From: an uncultured Eubacteriales bacterium
GTDB lineage: Bacteria > Bacillota > Sulfobacillia > Fermentithermobacillales > Fermentithermobacillaceae
Assembly (NCBI GenBank): GCA_964643285.1
Contig: CAZXSP010000002.1
Span: forward strand, 1-48,467
Length of the DNA: 48,467 nucleotides
Reading direction: 5' to 3'
In this document: piece by piece, positions 8,401 through 18,589 of the stretch
How the letters are laid out: each line of letters starts with the position of its first letter
Position numbering within the stretch: the first letter of the stretch is position 1
Position numbers and translations under genes: made by a program
Notes under the pieces: model-generated
Seen by the model: the letters and a program-made list of their open reading frames with translations, nothing else
What the model was told of the DNA's origin: nothing
Databases searched by the model: none

Positions 8401-9150
8401 TTGGAACATACTCCCGCTCAGTTTTTTGTTTCGCCCGACATGGTTTTGGGAAATGAAATCGTGCTTACGGGCGAGTTATATTTGCATGCTGTGGCCAGAC
8501 GCCTAAGGCCCGGGGAAGTTTTCCGCGCCGTGTTGGGGGAAACCATATATTCCGCCAAGGTAGAGTCCGTGAAAGACGGCAGGGTAATGGCGGTTATTTT
8601 GGATAGAGTGAAAACCGCATCACCTGACACGAAAATCAATCTGTATCCCGCTGTGCTAAAAGGGCAGAAATTTGATTTGGTCGTGGAAAAGGTTACCGAA
8701 CTCGGTGTGGCTACCATCAACCCTGTAATAACCCGGCGCGCAATTCCGCGAATCGATGCTGATAAGGCAGAGGCCAAAAAAAGGCGTTGGGAGAGAATCG
8801 CAAAAGAAGCGTCTCAGCAATGCGGGCGTCCCAATCTGCCCGAAATTCGGCCGGTCCAGAAGTTCCACGAACTTTTTGCAGGTGATTTGCGGGGCCTTCT
8901 CCTACTGACTTATGAACACGAAAGCCCTAATAGCCTCGATTGCAGGCATCTCCTCGAACTCTTTCAGAACGTGGAAGAAGTATCACTGTTGGTAGGACCC
9001 GAAGGAGGGTTTGACGCTTCGGAAATCCGCGCCGCTTTTGAAAACGGGTTTAAGCCATTTTCTCTCGGTCCATACATCCTCAGAGCTGAGACGGCATCCA
9101 TTGTGGCTACAGGAATTGTGGCCAGGCTTTTGGCTGAACGCTCCCTGTAG
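8401..9150 (+). CDS. rsmE: 16S rRNA (uracil1498-N3)-methyltransferase RsmE
   Basis: 249 aa with PUA-like N-terminus and SPOUT C-terminus (KFDLVVEKVTELGV, LLVGPEGGF...E). The position after dnaJ matches Bacillus yqeU. TTG start. Confidence 0.85.
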   Translation: MEHTPAQFFVSPDMVLGNEIVLTGELYLHAVARRLRPGEVFRAVLGETIYSAKVESVKDGRVMAVILDRVKTASPDTKINLYPAVLKGQKFDLVVEKVTELGVATINPVITRRAIPRIDADKAEAKKRRWERIAKEASQQCGRPNLPEIRPVQKFHELFAGDLRGLLLLTYEHESPNSLDCRHLLELFQNVEEVSLLVGPEGGFDASEIRAAFENGFKPFSLGPYILRAETASIVATGIVARLLAERSL

Positions 9151-9231
9151 CTGTGGGCATTATCTCCATCCCTCACCAATACTTTGAAACGAGAAAAACA
9201 TCTTGGAAATGGTATTGGAAGGGGCGTTATT

Positions 9232-9966
9232 ATGCTGACGCTAAGATCCAAATACGTGGCATTTTTGGCTATGGCTTTTGTTCTTTGGGCAGCTTGTGGT
9301 GCTGATTTGGTGGGTATGTACAATTCCGGCAGGGCTTTGCCGGCGTTGGCGCCGATTTTCCGGGGCCATACAGGTAACGCTGCTGCAAGCCTCATGTTTA
9401 ACGTGGACTGGGGCGAAGAGTTTCTGCCCGAAATCTTGGATATCTTGGAGGCTAAGGGAGCTAAAGCTACCTTTTTTATGACCGGGTCATGGGCGGAAAA
9501 AAACTCCGAGCTTGCCACTTTGATTTCTGAGAAGGGGCATGAACTTGGAAACCACGGGGGCTCTCACGTTCATGTGGAAACCCTGGCCAAAAAGGATCTG
9601 CACGATGTGATAAAGATGGGCGAAAAACGGATATTTGACTCTACGGGGATTAAGCCGGCTAAGCTTTTTGCGCCCCCTTACGGGGAGTGGACAGACGACA
9701 CAGTGAACTTCGCTTTGGAGATTGGCTATCAAACCATTTTGTGGACCACTGACACGGTGGATTGGCAACGGCCGCCGCCTGAAACCATCTGGAAAAGAGC
9801 CTTGGCAGGCGCGAAACCCGGGTGCCTTTTGCTTATGCACCCGACAGAAAACACTGTAATTGCTCTTCCCACAATTGTTGACGGGTACAAAGAGAAAGGT
9901 TTGGCTTTGGTGACAGTGTCCGATAATGTGATGAAGAAACTAGGGCCCGTACTGCCCGATTCTTAA
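9232..9966 (+). CDS. polysaccharide deacetylase (NodB domain), sporulation PdaB-like
   Basis: Signal/TM segment, then FNVDWGEE, ATFFMTGSWAEKN, GHELGNHGGSH, LFAPPYGEW, LLLMHP. These resemble B. subtilis PdaB (FDISWGDE, ATFF..SWAE). ATG 9232 follows SD GGAAGGGG; the track ORF starts at 9184. Confidence 0.8.
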   Translation: MLTLRSKYVAFLAMAFVLWAACGADLVGMYNSGRALPALAPIFRGHTGNAAASLMFNVDWGEEFLPEILDILEAKGAKATFFMTGSWAEKNSELATLISEKGHELGNHGGSHVHVETLAKKDLHDVIKMGEKRIFDSTGIKPAKLFAPPYGEWTDDTVNFALEIGYQTILWTTDTVDWQRPPPETIWKRALAGAKPGCLLLMHPTENTVIALPTIVDGYKEKGLALVTVSDNVMKKLGPVLPDS

Positions 9967-10111
9967 TAAAGACCGGTATTCTGCTAATATCTGACTGAAG
10001 GTTTTCCACATAGGCCTTAAGGGCCCCGCTATTTTGTGGGCAAGTCCTGCGTTTTCCCGGATTTAAGGGTAAAATTGTGACGGTGATTTGATTTTAGCGG
10101 AGGTTTTTTAT

Positions 10112-11449
10112 TTGATCCGTAAAACCGTTTCATTCAAAACGCTTGGATGCCGACAGAATCAATATGATACCGACTTTTTAAAGCAAACGTTCAGGGACAA
10201 AGGTTTCCAAGTGGTAGATTCGGGACCTACTGACCTTGTGGTTGTCAATACTTGCGCTGTTACAACCAGAAGCGCCGCCAAATGCAGGCAGGCCATAAGG
10301 GCCGCTGTCAGAACCGGGGCCAAGGTTTTGGTGACAGGCTGTTATTCTCAGGTTGCCCAAGACGAAATAGTCGACATACCCGGTGTAGTCGTTGTTTCAG
10401 GGGTGCACGCAAGGGGCGAATTGGCGTCATTGGCCGAAAAGGCTTTGCTGTCTGAGGCTTCCCAAAACGGACAAAGTGGCCAATCCCCTCCTGTTATCGC
10501 TGTTCGGCCTCACGATGATGGTGAATTGTTTGAAGAAACTCCGGTGCCTTCGCCGTCTCTTACCAGGGCATATCTGAAGATACAGGAAGGCTGCGGCGAT
10601 TTTTGCACGTACTGCATAGTCCCTTTCGCTAGGGGCCCGTCGCGTTCAAGGGACCCTGAGCGGGTTCTGGAGGAGGTCAGAAGCCTGGTTCAAAAGGGCT
10701 TCAAGGAATTGGTGCTCACCGGAACACATTTGGGCTTGTATGGCCAAGATCTGAACGCCAACAAGACATCATTGGCCAAAATGGTCAGGGATATATGCCT
10801 GGTACCCGGTTTGATGCGGTTAAGACTGAGCTCGCTTGAGCCCCACGATGTTACCCAAGATTTGATAGATTGCCTCAGGCGCCCGCAAGTGTGTCACCAT
10901 TTGCATTTGCCCCTTCAAAGCGGAAGCGAACGAATATTGAGGCTTATGGGCAGAAGATACAGGGCCAAGGATTTTCTCGTGACACTGGAAAATGTTCGAA
11001 AAGTAGCGCCTGACGTTGGGATCTCCACAGACATAATTGCCGGTTTTCCCGGGGAAACAGAAGATGACCACAAGGATACCTTAAAGGTCATGCAAGCGGC
11101 CGGCTTCTCAAGAGTACACACGTTCAAGTTTTCTGCCCGTCCCGGAACTCGGGCGTGGGAATTTCCCGATAAAGTGCCCGAAAAGCATAAACAAGCCAGG
11201 GTCAACGACATTATGGAATTGGGCAGGGAACTTTCTCTAGAGTTTCACAGTAAACATGTAGGCGGGGATTTCGAGGTTCTGGTGGAAGAAGCGAGAACAG
11301 CCGAGGGCTTTTTGACGGGAGTCACCAGAAATTTCGTCCGCTGCTATTTGCCGGGCGGCGACGAGCTCAAAGAAACGCTTCAAAACGTGAGGGTAAAGTG
11401 TGTCACTTCAGATGGGGTGTTTTGCGAGGCTTTAGCCATTTCAGAGTAG
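10112..11449 (+). CDS. mtaB: tRNA threonylcarbamoyladenosine methylthiotransferase MtaB (radical SAM)
   Basis: UPF0004 N-domain (FKTLGCRQNQYD, VVVNTCAVT), radical SAM CGDFCTYCIVP, and a C-terminal TRAM region. TTG 10112 follows SD GCGGAGG; the track ORF starts at 10088. Confidence 0.85.
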   Translation: MIRKTVSFKTLGCRQNQYDTDFLKQTFRDKGFQVVDSGPTDLVVVNTCAVTTRSAAKCRQAIRAAVRTGAKVLVTGCYSQVAQDEIVDIPGVVVVSGVHARGELASLAEKALLSEASQNGQSGQSPPVIAVRPHDDGELFEETPVPSPSLTRAYLKIQEGCGDFCTYCIVPFARGPSRSRDPERVLEEVRSLVQKGFKELVLTGTHLGLYGQDLNANKTSLAKMVRDICLVPGLMRLRLSSLEPHDVTQDLIDCLRRPQVCHHLHLPLQSGSERILRLMGRRYRAKDFLVTLENVRKVAPDVGISTDIIAGFPGETEDDHKDTLKVMQAAGFSRVHTFKFSARPGTRAWEFPDKVPEKHKQARVNDIMELGRELSLEFHSKHVGGDFEVLVEEARTAEGFLTGVTRNFVRCYLPGGDELKETLQNVRVKCVTSDGVFCEALAISE

Positions 11450-11468
11450 AGAAAACAGGAGGATTACA

Positions 11469-12581
11469 ATGTCAATGCGGTTGGGTCTCCTTTTTGGCGG
11501 CAGGTCCGGGGAGCACGAGGTTTCGGTAAGGTCAGGGCACGCGGTGTGGAAGGCTTCCGTAGACGCCGGTTTCAGTGTTGTGGGGGTAGGGATCACTCGT
11601 CAAGGACAGTTTGTCTATCTGGGTGACTGCCAAGACTTTTTTGCCAAGGGCCCCCAAGAAGTAAACGCTTACATGGGCCCAAAATGCTTTATTTTTCCCG
11701 ACCCCGCCATGGCGGGTATTTATGTAGAACAAGATGGGGTTTTCAGCAGAGAACCTATAGCCGTCGATGTGATTTTCCCGGTTTTGCACGGTTCCTACGG
11801 CGAAGACGGAGCTATGCAGGGCTTGCTTGAGCTGTCAGGTATTCCCTATGTGGGAGCGCCTGTGCTTGGGTCGGCTGTATGCATGGACAAAGATGTGGCC
11901 AAAAGGCTTTTGGCTCACGAAGGTGTTCCCCACGTTCCCGCTTTTGCAGTAGACAGGTTTTCGTGGCAGGCTGATAAGTCGCAAGTGCTAAGCCGGTTAT
12001 CTGGAAAAGTCGATTATCCCTGTTTTGTGAAACCTTCCGGTTCCGGCTCAAGCCTGGGCGTAAGCAAGGTCAGACAACCCGAAGATATTTCGGACGCCTT
12101 GGACTCGGCGTTCTTATACGACACGAAAGCCCTTGTGGAACAATCCCAGGAGGGACTCATGGAAATCGAGTGCAGTGTCCTGGGAAATCACCGGCCTATA
12201 GCCTCTTTGCCGGGCCAAATCTTGCCGCTACGCGAGTTTTACGATTATGAAGCCAAGTACGTCGAAGATACCACGGGGCTTCTAATTCCGGCCCCTTTGG
12301 GGGACAAACTCACCAAAAGGGTACAAGAAGTGGCAGTGCGGGCGTTTTTGGTGACCGGTTGCCGGGGAATGGCAAGGGTTGACTTTTTTGTGGACACCAC
12401 AAAAGAAGAGGCATACGTTAACGAGATCAACACTATTCCCGGTTTTACGTCTATCAGCATGTATCCCAAGCTGTGGGGAGAATCCGGTTTGCCTTTCGAA
12501 AAATTGGTCCGAACCTTGGTTGATTTGGCCATAGAGCACAAAGCTTCCGACTGGAAAGAGGTAAGGGTGCGCCATATTTAG
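11469..12581 (+). CDS. ddl: D-alanine--D-alanine ligase
   Basis: [47 protein letters not shown]-grasp [28 protein letters not shown] upstream. Confidence 0.93.
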   Translation: MSMRLGLLFGGRSGEHEVSVRSGHAVWKASVDAGFSVVGVGITRQGQFVYLGDCQDFFAKGPQEVNAYMGPKCFIFPDPAMAGIYVEQDGVFSREPIAVDVIFPVLHGSYGEDGAMQGLLELSGIPYVGAPVLGSAVCMDKDVAKRLLAHEGVPHVPAFAVDRFSWQADKSQVLSRLSGKVDYPCFVKPSGSGSSLGVSKVRQPEDISDALDSAFLYDTKALVEQSQEGLMEIECSVLGNHRPIASLPGQILPLREFYDYEAKYVEDTTGLLIPAPLGDKLTKRVQEVAVRAFLVTGCRGMARVDFFVDTTKEEAYVNEINTIPGFTSISMYPKLWGESGLPFEKLVRTLVDLAIEHKASDWKEVRVRHI

Positions 12582-12605
12582 ACCTTCAGCTAAAAGGCGG
12601 CCTCG

Positions 12606-12635
12606 TTGACCTTAGTTGTCTTGGTATTGTACAAT
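12606..12635 (+). promoter_or_regulatory. sigma-A promoter upstream of rpsU
   Basis: TTGACC (12606..12611), 18 nt spacer, TACAAT (12630..12635) preceded by TG. Confidence 0.55.
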
Positions 12636-12694
12636 CCATATGTTCACCTATAGGGAGCGGGGAAACGCCTGCGGCGGAGGGAGGGACAAAAGAC

Positions 12695-12883
12695 TTGCCA
12701 GAGATTAGAGTAGGAAAAGGAGAATCTTTCGATAGTGCCCTGCGCCGCTTCAAAAGGGAATGTCAAAGATCGGGCATCCTTCGTGATGTACGCAAACATT
12801 CTCATTATGAAAGTCCGAGCGTTAAACGGAAAAAGAAGTCAGAAGCTGCGCGCCAGCGTAAAGGTAAAAGACGGTTTTATTAG
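12695..12883 (+). CDS. rpsU: 30S ribosomal protein S21
   Basis: [29 protein letters not shown]...[16 protein letters not shown] start after SD GGAGGGAGGG. Confidence 0.95.
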   Translation: MPEIRVGKGESFDSALRRFKRECQRSGILRDVRKHSHYESPSVKRKKKSEAARQRKGKRRFY

Positions 12884-12922
12884 CGTGAAGATCTAACAAT
12901 TAGTTATAACAAACGACCTAAC

Positions 12923-12952
12923 GGGAACCCTCAAACGGGTTCCCTTCTTTTA
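12923..12952 (+). terminator. rho-independent terminator after rpsU
   Basis: GGGAACCC-tcaaac-GGGTTCCC followed by TTCTTTTAT. Confidence 0.8.
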
Positions 12953-12966
12953 TGCGCCTATTTCCT

Positions 12967-12974
12967 CATACACT
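12967..12974 (+). promoter_or_regulatory. possible sigma-E type -10 element upstream of yqfC
   Basis: CATACACT matches the sigma-E -10 consensus CATACAnT. No convincing -35 was found, and the implied TSS would sit at the SD, so this is tentative. Confidence 0.3.
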
Positions 12975-12990
12975 TCATTGGGGGAGTGCA

Positions 12991-13260
12991 ATGCGCAAAA
13001 GCATAAAACAGGGTCTGACTGAAATGTTGGATCTTCCCGCCGACGTGGGTTTGGATCTTCCGAGGGTGGTTATCCACGGCCATTTGGGTGTCTTGATACA
13101 AAACCACAGAGGAATTCTGCAATGCTCCGGTGGCGCCATTGTGGTTGGAATCGGAAAAGGCCAAATCACCATTTTAGGCCGGGAACTTGAGGTGGAGGAA
13201 GTCAGCAGGGAGGATGTGGTCATAAGAGGCGCCATAAACTCTGTCCAGATGGAAACCTAA
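12991..13260 (+). CDS. yqfC: sporulation protein YqfC
   Basis: 89 aa (LDLPADVGLDLPRVVIHGHLGVLIQNHRGIL...ITILGRELEVEEVSREDVVIRG). ATG 12991 follows SD GGGGAG. Located upstream of yqfD-phoH, as in Bacillus. Confidence 0.85.
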   Translation: MRKSIKQGLTEMLDLPADVGLDLPRVVIHGHLGVLIQNHRGILQCSGGAIVVGIGKGQITILGRELEVEEVSREDVVIRGAINSVQMET

Positions 13261-13261
13261 A

Positions 13262-14479
13262 ATGAGCGGGTTTTCTTTAAAGCGAGCAAAAGAATATTTT
13301 AAAGGCTATGTAGTAGTAGAGGTTCGCGGAAAGAATCCGGAAAGGCTGGTAAACCTTTGTTTATCCAGCGGGTTTCCTGTTTGGGATTTTACAGTAAAAG
13401 GGCAGAAAGCCAGGTTTTCAACGACATTATCAAAGTATAAGCAAATACGCCCTTTGGCAAGGCGCGCGCGTTGCTTGCCCAGGATTGTAAAAAGGGTCGG
13501 GTTCCCCTTCTTCATAAAAAAGGCTGCAAAGCGTCCTTTCATGCTTTGGGCATGCGCATTGCTTCTCGCGGCAATTGTCTTTCTGTCGGGTTTCGTTTGG
13601 TCAATAAAAGTTCAGGGGGCAGATCAAATAAACCCCGATGATATTCTCAGAGCCGCCCGCCAAAACGGGCTTTCCTTAGGTATGCGTCGGGCAAAAATCC
13701 CCGCCGATATAGACGCGGCAATCATAGAGCAGATTCCGGAGTTGTCGTGGGTGTATGTCCATTGTCAGGGTACGCGGGCTATTATCGAGGTCACAGAAAA
13801 AAACCGCCCTGAAACAGTGGGACCGGGAGATGTGGTGGCTTCAAAAGATGGCGTGGTACAAACGGTCCTGGTTCTGTCGGGTGTTCCTTTGGTGCAGGCG
13901 GGTGATACTGTAAAACGGGGAACCCTTCTGATAGCAGGTGACGAATCGGGAAGCATCAAAGGCGCAAGGGGGGCAGTGACTGCTCATACGTTTTACGAAT
14001 CCCGTGTTGAAATCCCTTTAGAAAGGCTCGTGCCTAAAAGAACAGGGAACACTTTTAAGGTATCTTTGATGCGTTTTAGCGGCGAGGATGACGAAACAGA
14101 AGATCACATTTCCACATACCGGGAATGGATTCTTTCAGGCAGGCGCACTATGTTTGAGTGGTATGAAATTGAAGACTACCCTTCATGGGAAGTAAAATTA
14201 CCTAACGGCAAGAAATTGCAGTCAATCGCCAGGACTTTTTTCGAGGTGCAATGGTCACGAGTTATCCTGGGGCGAAAGGAAGCAGAGGCATTGGCGGAAA
14301 AACAGGCTAAGGATTCCATGGAAAGGTTGTTGCCTTCTTCAGCCAAATTGATAGACTGGGATTGTGAAGTTGTGCCAACAGACGGTCAAAGTGTTTCAGT
14401 GAGGATAACGGCTTCGGCATTGGAGGATATTAGCGAAATACGCCAGTGGTCTGGGCAAAACACGGAGGTCGATAGATAG
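13262..14479 (+). CDS. yqfD: sporulation protein YqfD (stage IV sporulation family)
   Basis: 405 aa. Begins GYVVVEVRGKNPERLVNLCLSSGFPVWDF, has one central TM, and sits in conserved synteny between yqfC and phoH. Confidence 0.85.
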   Translation: MSGFSLKRAKEYFKGYVVVEVRGKNPERLVNLCLSSGFPVWDFTVKGQKARFSTTLSKYKQIRPLARRARCLPRIVKRVGFPFFIKKAAKRPFMLWACALLLAAIVFLSGFVWSIKVQGADQINPDDILRAARQNGLSLGMRRAKIPADIDAAIIEQIPELSWVYVHCQGTRAIIEVTEKNRPETVGPGDVVASKDGVVQTVLVLSGVPLVQAGDTVKRGTLLIAGDESGSIKGARGAVTAHTFYESRVEIPLERLVPKRTGNTFKVSLMRFSGEDDETEDHISTYREWILSGRRTMFEWYEIEDYPSWEVKLPNGKKLQSIARTFFEVQWSRVILGRKEAEALAEKQAKDSMERLLPSSAKLIDWDCEVVPTDGQSVSVRITASALEDISEIRQWSGQNTEVDR

Positions 14480-14481
14480 AT

Positions 14482-15462
14482 TTGCCATCACACACAAAAA
14501 GCATTTCCTTTGATATCCAAGACAATGGTGAAATGTACCGACTTTTTGGAAACTACGATGAGAACCTCGCGCTATTGGAAGATGCCCTCGATGTAAAAAT
14601 TGTGGCCCGCGGCAGCACTCTTACTGTTTCAGGGGGAGACAGCGAGTTGCAGATATCAAAACCCGTAATCGAGCATCTTATCGAAGAAGCGCGTTCGGGC
14701 CGCAAAGTTACAGTCCACGGGGTGCGTTATGCCGTGGGGGCCGCTAAGGAGGGAAGGCTTCTGGAAGATTTCGGCGGAAGCATTCTTACCAATGTTCGCG
14801 GCAGGCCCATTGGCCCCCGAACCCAAGGCCAAAAGGAGTATGTCAAGGCCATAAAAGAGCATTCCCTGGTTTTCGGGATAGGTCCTGCCGGTACAGGCAA
14901 GACCTATGTGGCTGTGGCTATGGCAGTGGCAGCCTTCAAAAAGAAACAAGTGGATAGGATAATATTGGTACGGCCCGCCGTTGAGGCAGGGGAAAGGCTT
15001 GGCTTTTTGCCCGGGGATATCCAAGAAAAAGTGAACCCGTACCTGAGGCCTTTGTACGATGCGTTATTCGATATTTTGGGAATTGAAACTTTCCACAAAT
15101 ATATGGAAAGAGGGCTAATCGAGGTAGCGCCCTTAGCGTACATGCGCGGGCGCACCCTGGAGTCGTCCTTTGTTATACTGGATGAAGCTCAAAATACTAC
15201 GCCGGAACAAATGAAGATGTTTTTGACTAGAATGGGTCTAAACTCTAAAGCCGTGGTAACAGGGGATATTACTCAAATTGACTTACCCAAAGGCACTTAT
15301 TCGGGTTTGGATCAAGTTCGCGTTATACTGAGAGATGTTGAGGGAATAGGGTTTGTATATCTTTCGGACAAAGACGTGGTAAGGCACGAACTGGTTTCCA
15401 GGATAGTCCGGGCGTACGCCAAGTTTGACGACGAGGCTTGGAAGGAGAGCAAACAGAAATAG
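14482..15462 (+). CDS. phoH: PhoH family ATPase (PhoH-like protein)
   Basis: Walker A GPAGTGKTY, VRPAVEAGE.LGFLPGD, ILDEAQNTT, TGDITQIDLP. TTG start. Confidence 0.93.
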   Translation: MPSHTKSISFDIQDNGEMYRLFGNYDENLALLEDALDVKIVARGSTLTVSGGDSELQISKPVIEHLIEEARSGRKVTVHGVRYAVGAAKEGRLLEDFGGSILTNVRGRPIGPRTQGQKEYVKAIKEHSLVFGIGPAGTGKTYVAVAMAVAAFKKKQVDRIILVRPAVEAGERLGFLPGDIQEKVNPYLRPLYDALFDILGIETFHKYMERGLIEVAPLAYMRGRTLESSFVILDEAQNTTPEQMKMFLTRMGLNSKAVVTGDITQIDLPKGTYSGLDQVRVILRDVEGIGFVYLSDKDVVRHELVSRIVRAYAKFDDEAWKESKQK

Positions 15463-17633
15463 TGACGAGACCCCCTGTAGGTAACGGAAAAGGGAAGCCC
15501 GTCCAAAAGGTGAGGACAACCCATGTTCCACCCGGCGGCACTTGGGAAACGCTGAAACGTATCTCTCGCAACATTAGGGAGATACTTTGGGCTTTATCCG
15601 CTTTTCTCGTCATGTTCGGAGTGCTCTTTGTTTCGGGTATGCCTCCCCAAATCGGCCTGCGCGTTGGCGAGGTTTCGCCCATAAATGTTAAGGCTCCCCA
15701 AGAAGTTATCGATCAAGCTGCCACAGAAAGGCTCAAAGCCGAGCAAGCCAAGACGGTCAGCAAAGCATGGGACACTGACCCCAAAGTTTTGCCCGATATA
15801 GTGTCTACGCTTGCCTCCATCCGCGATACAATTTCCACGCTGGGGTCGGGAGTAGATTTGTCCACACAGGAAATCGTAAGCGGGCTGCGTCCGTTTGTGA
15901 CTGACGAATTTCCCGATGCCGATATTATTGCCGTGGTAGCTACGTCTACAAGGGCGGTTGAAGCATCTATCTTGCGGGCCCAAGGGGCTTTAGTGGACGT
16001 TTTGTCCGCGGATCTTAAAGCCGAAAACCTTCAACAGGGTAAACAAAAAATATCAGACGCCTTGGAAGCAGACGCAGAAGTGCCTTCGCAAATGCAAAAA
16101 TTTCTCGCGTCTTTCATAGATAAGAATCTGAGGCCAAATCATATTCTGAATCAAGAAGAAACTGATAAACGCGTAAAAGAAGCTATGGCCGCCGTTGAGC
16201 CCATTCGTATTAGGCGAGGCCAGTTTATAGTGCGGGAAGGCGATATAGTAAGCGAAGATCAAATAGCCATCCTGCAATCGTTGGGCATGATGGGCGGGAG
16301 GGTTCGCTTCACAGCCATAGTGGGCGCTCTTTTAATGTCCACTCTTACATGCGCTTTCTTAGCCGGTTACGTTTGGATATACCACCCCGATCTTATCCCG
16401 TCAGGGAAGCTTCCTATGCTGGCGTCCACGCTTTTGATTGGTATTCTGTCAATTAAAGCGGCGACTCAAATATCGGGTCTTTTGGCGCCCACTGCCGCGG
16501 GGGTAATTTTGGCTTCCACTCTTATCGACAGAAGGATGGGCATTGTCTTTGGCTCTTGCCTTACCTTGGTGGTGGGCTCAATCACCGGTTTTGACATTCG
16601 GTTCGTGGCGTTGTCGCTGGTGGGTGGCCTTGCGGCAGCCCTTACTATCCGAGTAGATTGGAACAGGGCCGCCGTGGTGCGAGCTGGCGTCATGGTGGCG
16701 GCCGTCAACACCATAGTGTACTTTACACTGGGGTTAACAGGCGCCATTCCTTTGGCCGATGTGCTTTCTGTAAAAGACCTGCTGTTTGTCGTGGCTAATG
16801 GACCTGTATCCGCGGTTCTGGCGTTGGGTTGTCTGCCATTGTTCGAAATCCTTTTTGGGATTATTACCCCCATCCGCCTCATAGAGTTGTCCAACCCCGA
16901 GCATCCGCTCTTGCGGCGGCTGCTTCTGGAGGCCCCGGGAACCTACCACCACAGCATAATGGTGGGGAATTTGGCCGAAGCGGGCGCTTGGGCAATAGGC
17001 GCAAACAGTCTTCTGGCAAGGGTGGGCGCTTATTATCACGATATCGGGAAACTCAAAAGACCATACTTTTTTGTAGAAAATCAAGTGTTCGGTATGGAGA
17101 ACCCTCATGACAAAATGAGCCCTACTCTTTCCGCAACCGTTATAACTTCCCACGTAAGAGATGGGCTTGAACTTGCCGAGAAGCACAAACTGCCACCTGT
17201 CATAAGCCAATTCATAGCGGAACACCACGGCACGAGTTTAGCTTCTTATTTCTATATGAAAGCGTCTTCCGAAAACCAGGCAAAGGACCAAAGGGGTCCC
17301 GAAGAATGGGATTTCCGGTATGAAGGCCCCAGGCCCAGCACGAAGGAGACTGCCGTGGTTATGCTGGCTGACAGCATCGAAGCGGCGGTGCGTTCAATAT
17401 CCAAACCTACTCCGGCGCGGATCGAAACCATGGTTCGGAGGATCATACAAGAGAGAATAACCGACCATCAGCTTGACCGATCCGATCTTACCCTCAAAGA
17501 GTTGGACACAATAGCTGACACATTCATCAAAGTGTTAAGCGGGATTTTTCACAGCAGGATAGAATATCCCGAAAAAAATCCGGGCCAGGGTAAACTGCCT
17601 GAGGGGCAAGAAGGTGCGGCAAGTGAGCGTTGA
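15438..17633 (+). CDS. pgpH: 7TM-HD membrane phosphohydrolase (YqfF/PgpH family, cyclic-di-AMP phosphodiesterase type)
   Basis: Extracellular N-domain, seven hydrophobic helices, then an HD domain (TYHHSIMVGNLAE...YYHDIGK...EHHGTS). The start is uncertain: TTG 15438, GTG 15462 or GTG 15510. None has an ideal SD. Confidence 0.85.
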   Translation: MEGEQTEIVTRPPVGNGKGKPVQKVRTTHVPPGGTWETLKRISRNIREILWALSAFLVMFGVLFVSGMPPQIGLRVGEVSPINVKAPQEVIDQAATERLKAEQAKTVSKAWDTDPKVLPDIVSTLASIRDTISTLGSGVDLSTQEIVSGLRPFVTDEFPDADIIAVVATSTRAVEASILRAQGALVDVLSADLKAENLQQGKQKISDALEADAEVPSQMQKFLASFIDKNLRPNHILNQEETDKRVKEAMAAVEPIRIRRGQFIVREGDIVSEDQIAILQSLGMMGGRVRFTAIVGALLMSTLTCAFLAGYVWIYHPDLIPSGKLPMLASTLLIGILSIKAATQISGLLAPTAAGVILASTLIDRRMGIVFGSCLTLVVGSITGFDIRFVALSLVGGLAAALTIRVDWNRAAVVRAGVMVAAVNTIVYFTLGLTGAIPLADVLSVKDLLFVVANGPVSAVLALGCLPLFEILFGIITPIRLIELSNPEHPLLRRLLLEAPGTYHHSIMVGNLAEAGAWAIGANSLLARVGAYYHDIGKLKRPYFFVENQVFGMENPHDKMSPTLSATVITSHVRDGLELAEKHKLPPVISQFIAEHHGTSLASYFYMKASSENQAKDQRGPEEWDFRYEGPRPSTKETAVVMLADSIEAAVRSISKPTPARIETMVRRIIQERITDHQLDRSDLTLKELDTIADTFIKVLSGIFHSRIEYPEKNPGQGKLPEGQEGAASER

Positions 17634-18114
17634 AGTGGATACAGCTTTCAAAGTAGATCTGGCTGCCGATACCCAAAAAGAGCTTTGTGACCTAGCAGAA
17701 CGCGTGGTAGAAGGCACTTTGGCTTTCGAAGGGAAAGCGCCCCAACAGTATGAAGTGTCTGTGCTTTTTACCGACGATGATTTCATAAGTGAACTAAACA
17801 AGCAGTATAGAAGCATAGAGGGCCCTACCGATGTGTTGTCTTTTGCTTTGAACGAGGTTCAGGAAGAATCGGGGCTTACCCACATTGTCGGTCTTCCTGA
17901 CATTTTAGGCGATATCGTAATATCTTTGGAAACCGCAAATAGGCAGGCACAAGAAAAGCATGAGGCAGAATACCACGAGATAGCGTTACTTCTTGTCCAC
18001 GGCGTACTCCACCTTTTGGGTTACGATCATGATGAGCCCGGAAAAGAGGCGGTTATGTGGGAAAGGCAAGAAGCGGTTTTAGAATCCCTGGGGATTTCGG
18101 CCGAACAAAGCTGA
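17614..18114 (+). CDS. ybeY: rRNA maturation endoribonuclease YbeY
   Basis: TDVLSF...LLLVHGVLHLLGYDH zinc-binding motif. GTG start 7 nt after SD GAGGGG; overlaps the pgpH stop. Confidence 0.92.
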   Translation: MRQVSVEVDTAFKVDLAADTQKELCDLAERVVEGTLAFEGKAPQQYEVSVLFTDDDFISELNKQYRSIEGPTDVLSFALNEVQEESGLTHIVGLPDILGDIVISLETANRQAQEKHEAEYHEIALLLVHGVLHLLGYDHDEPGKEAVMWERQEAVLESLGISAEQS

Positions 18115-18587
18115 GGAATGGCGGCCTAGTCCGCGGGCTGGCCAGGAGTTTCCACAATGCTTGGTCAGGTCTAATCTACGTTTACAGGACACAAAGAAAT
18201 ATGCGTATTCATCTGCTGTTCGCCGCTTTGGTGGGTTTGGCATGTATGGTGCTGAGGGTGGGCCGCCTCGAGGTTCTGATGGTATCTCTTGCCATAGCCG
18301 GGGTTTTGGTGGCGGAGGTGACCAATACGCTGGCAGAGTCCATGGCTGACCTTGTAGAACCCAGGTTTAATGTTCTGGTCAAAACCATAAAAGATGTAGC
18401 GGCCGCCGGAGTTTTGTTGACGGCGGGTTTTTCCGTAATTATAGGCGCTGTGGTATTTTTGCCGCTGACCAGCGAGGTTTTTTCCAGGCTGCAAAGCTTT
18501 TTTCAGGATCCGCCCATGTATTTTTGGGGCTATATTGTGGTAGTCATTATTCCCGCCGTTTTTGGACTTTGGAGAAGTGAGGGCTAA
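18057..18587 (+). CDS. dgkA: diacylglycerol/undecaprenol kinase DgkA family, with an extra C-terminal TM segment
   Basis: SFHNAWSGLIYVYRTQRNMRIHL...VAEVTNTLAESMADLV...KDVAAAGVLL matches prokaryotic DAGK. The only in-frame ATG/GTG/TTG start is ATG 18057, which overlaps ybeY by 58 nt. Confidence 0.8.
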   Translation: MGKARSGFRIPGDFGRTKLRNGGLVRGLARSFHNAWSGLIYVYRTQRNMRIHLLFAALVGLACMVLRVGRLEVLMVSLAIAGVLVAEVTNTLAESMADLVEPRFNVLVKTIKDVAAAGVLLTAGFSVIIGAVVFLPLTSEVFSRLQSFFQDPPMYFWGYIVVVIIPAVFGLWRSEG

Positions 18588-18589
18588 GT

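Noticed and set aside
12584-12694. Possible riboswitch or ribosomal leader upstream of rpsU
   Set aside because: Only a promoter and a purine-rich SD region (GGCGGAGGGAGGGAC) are evident. I could not identify conserved structure by eye.
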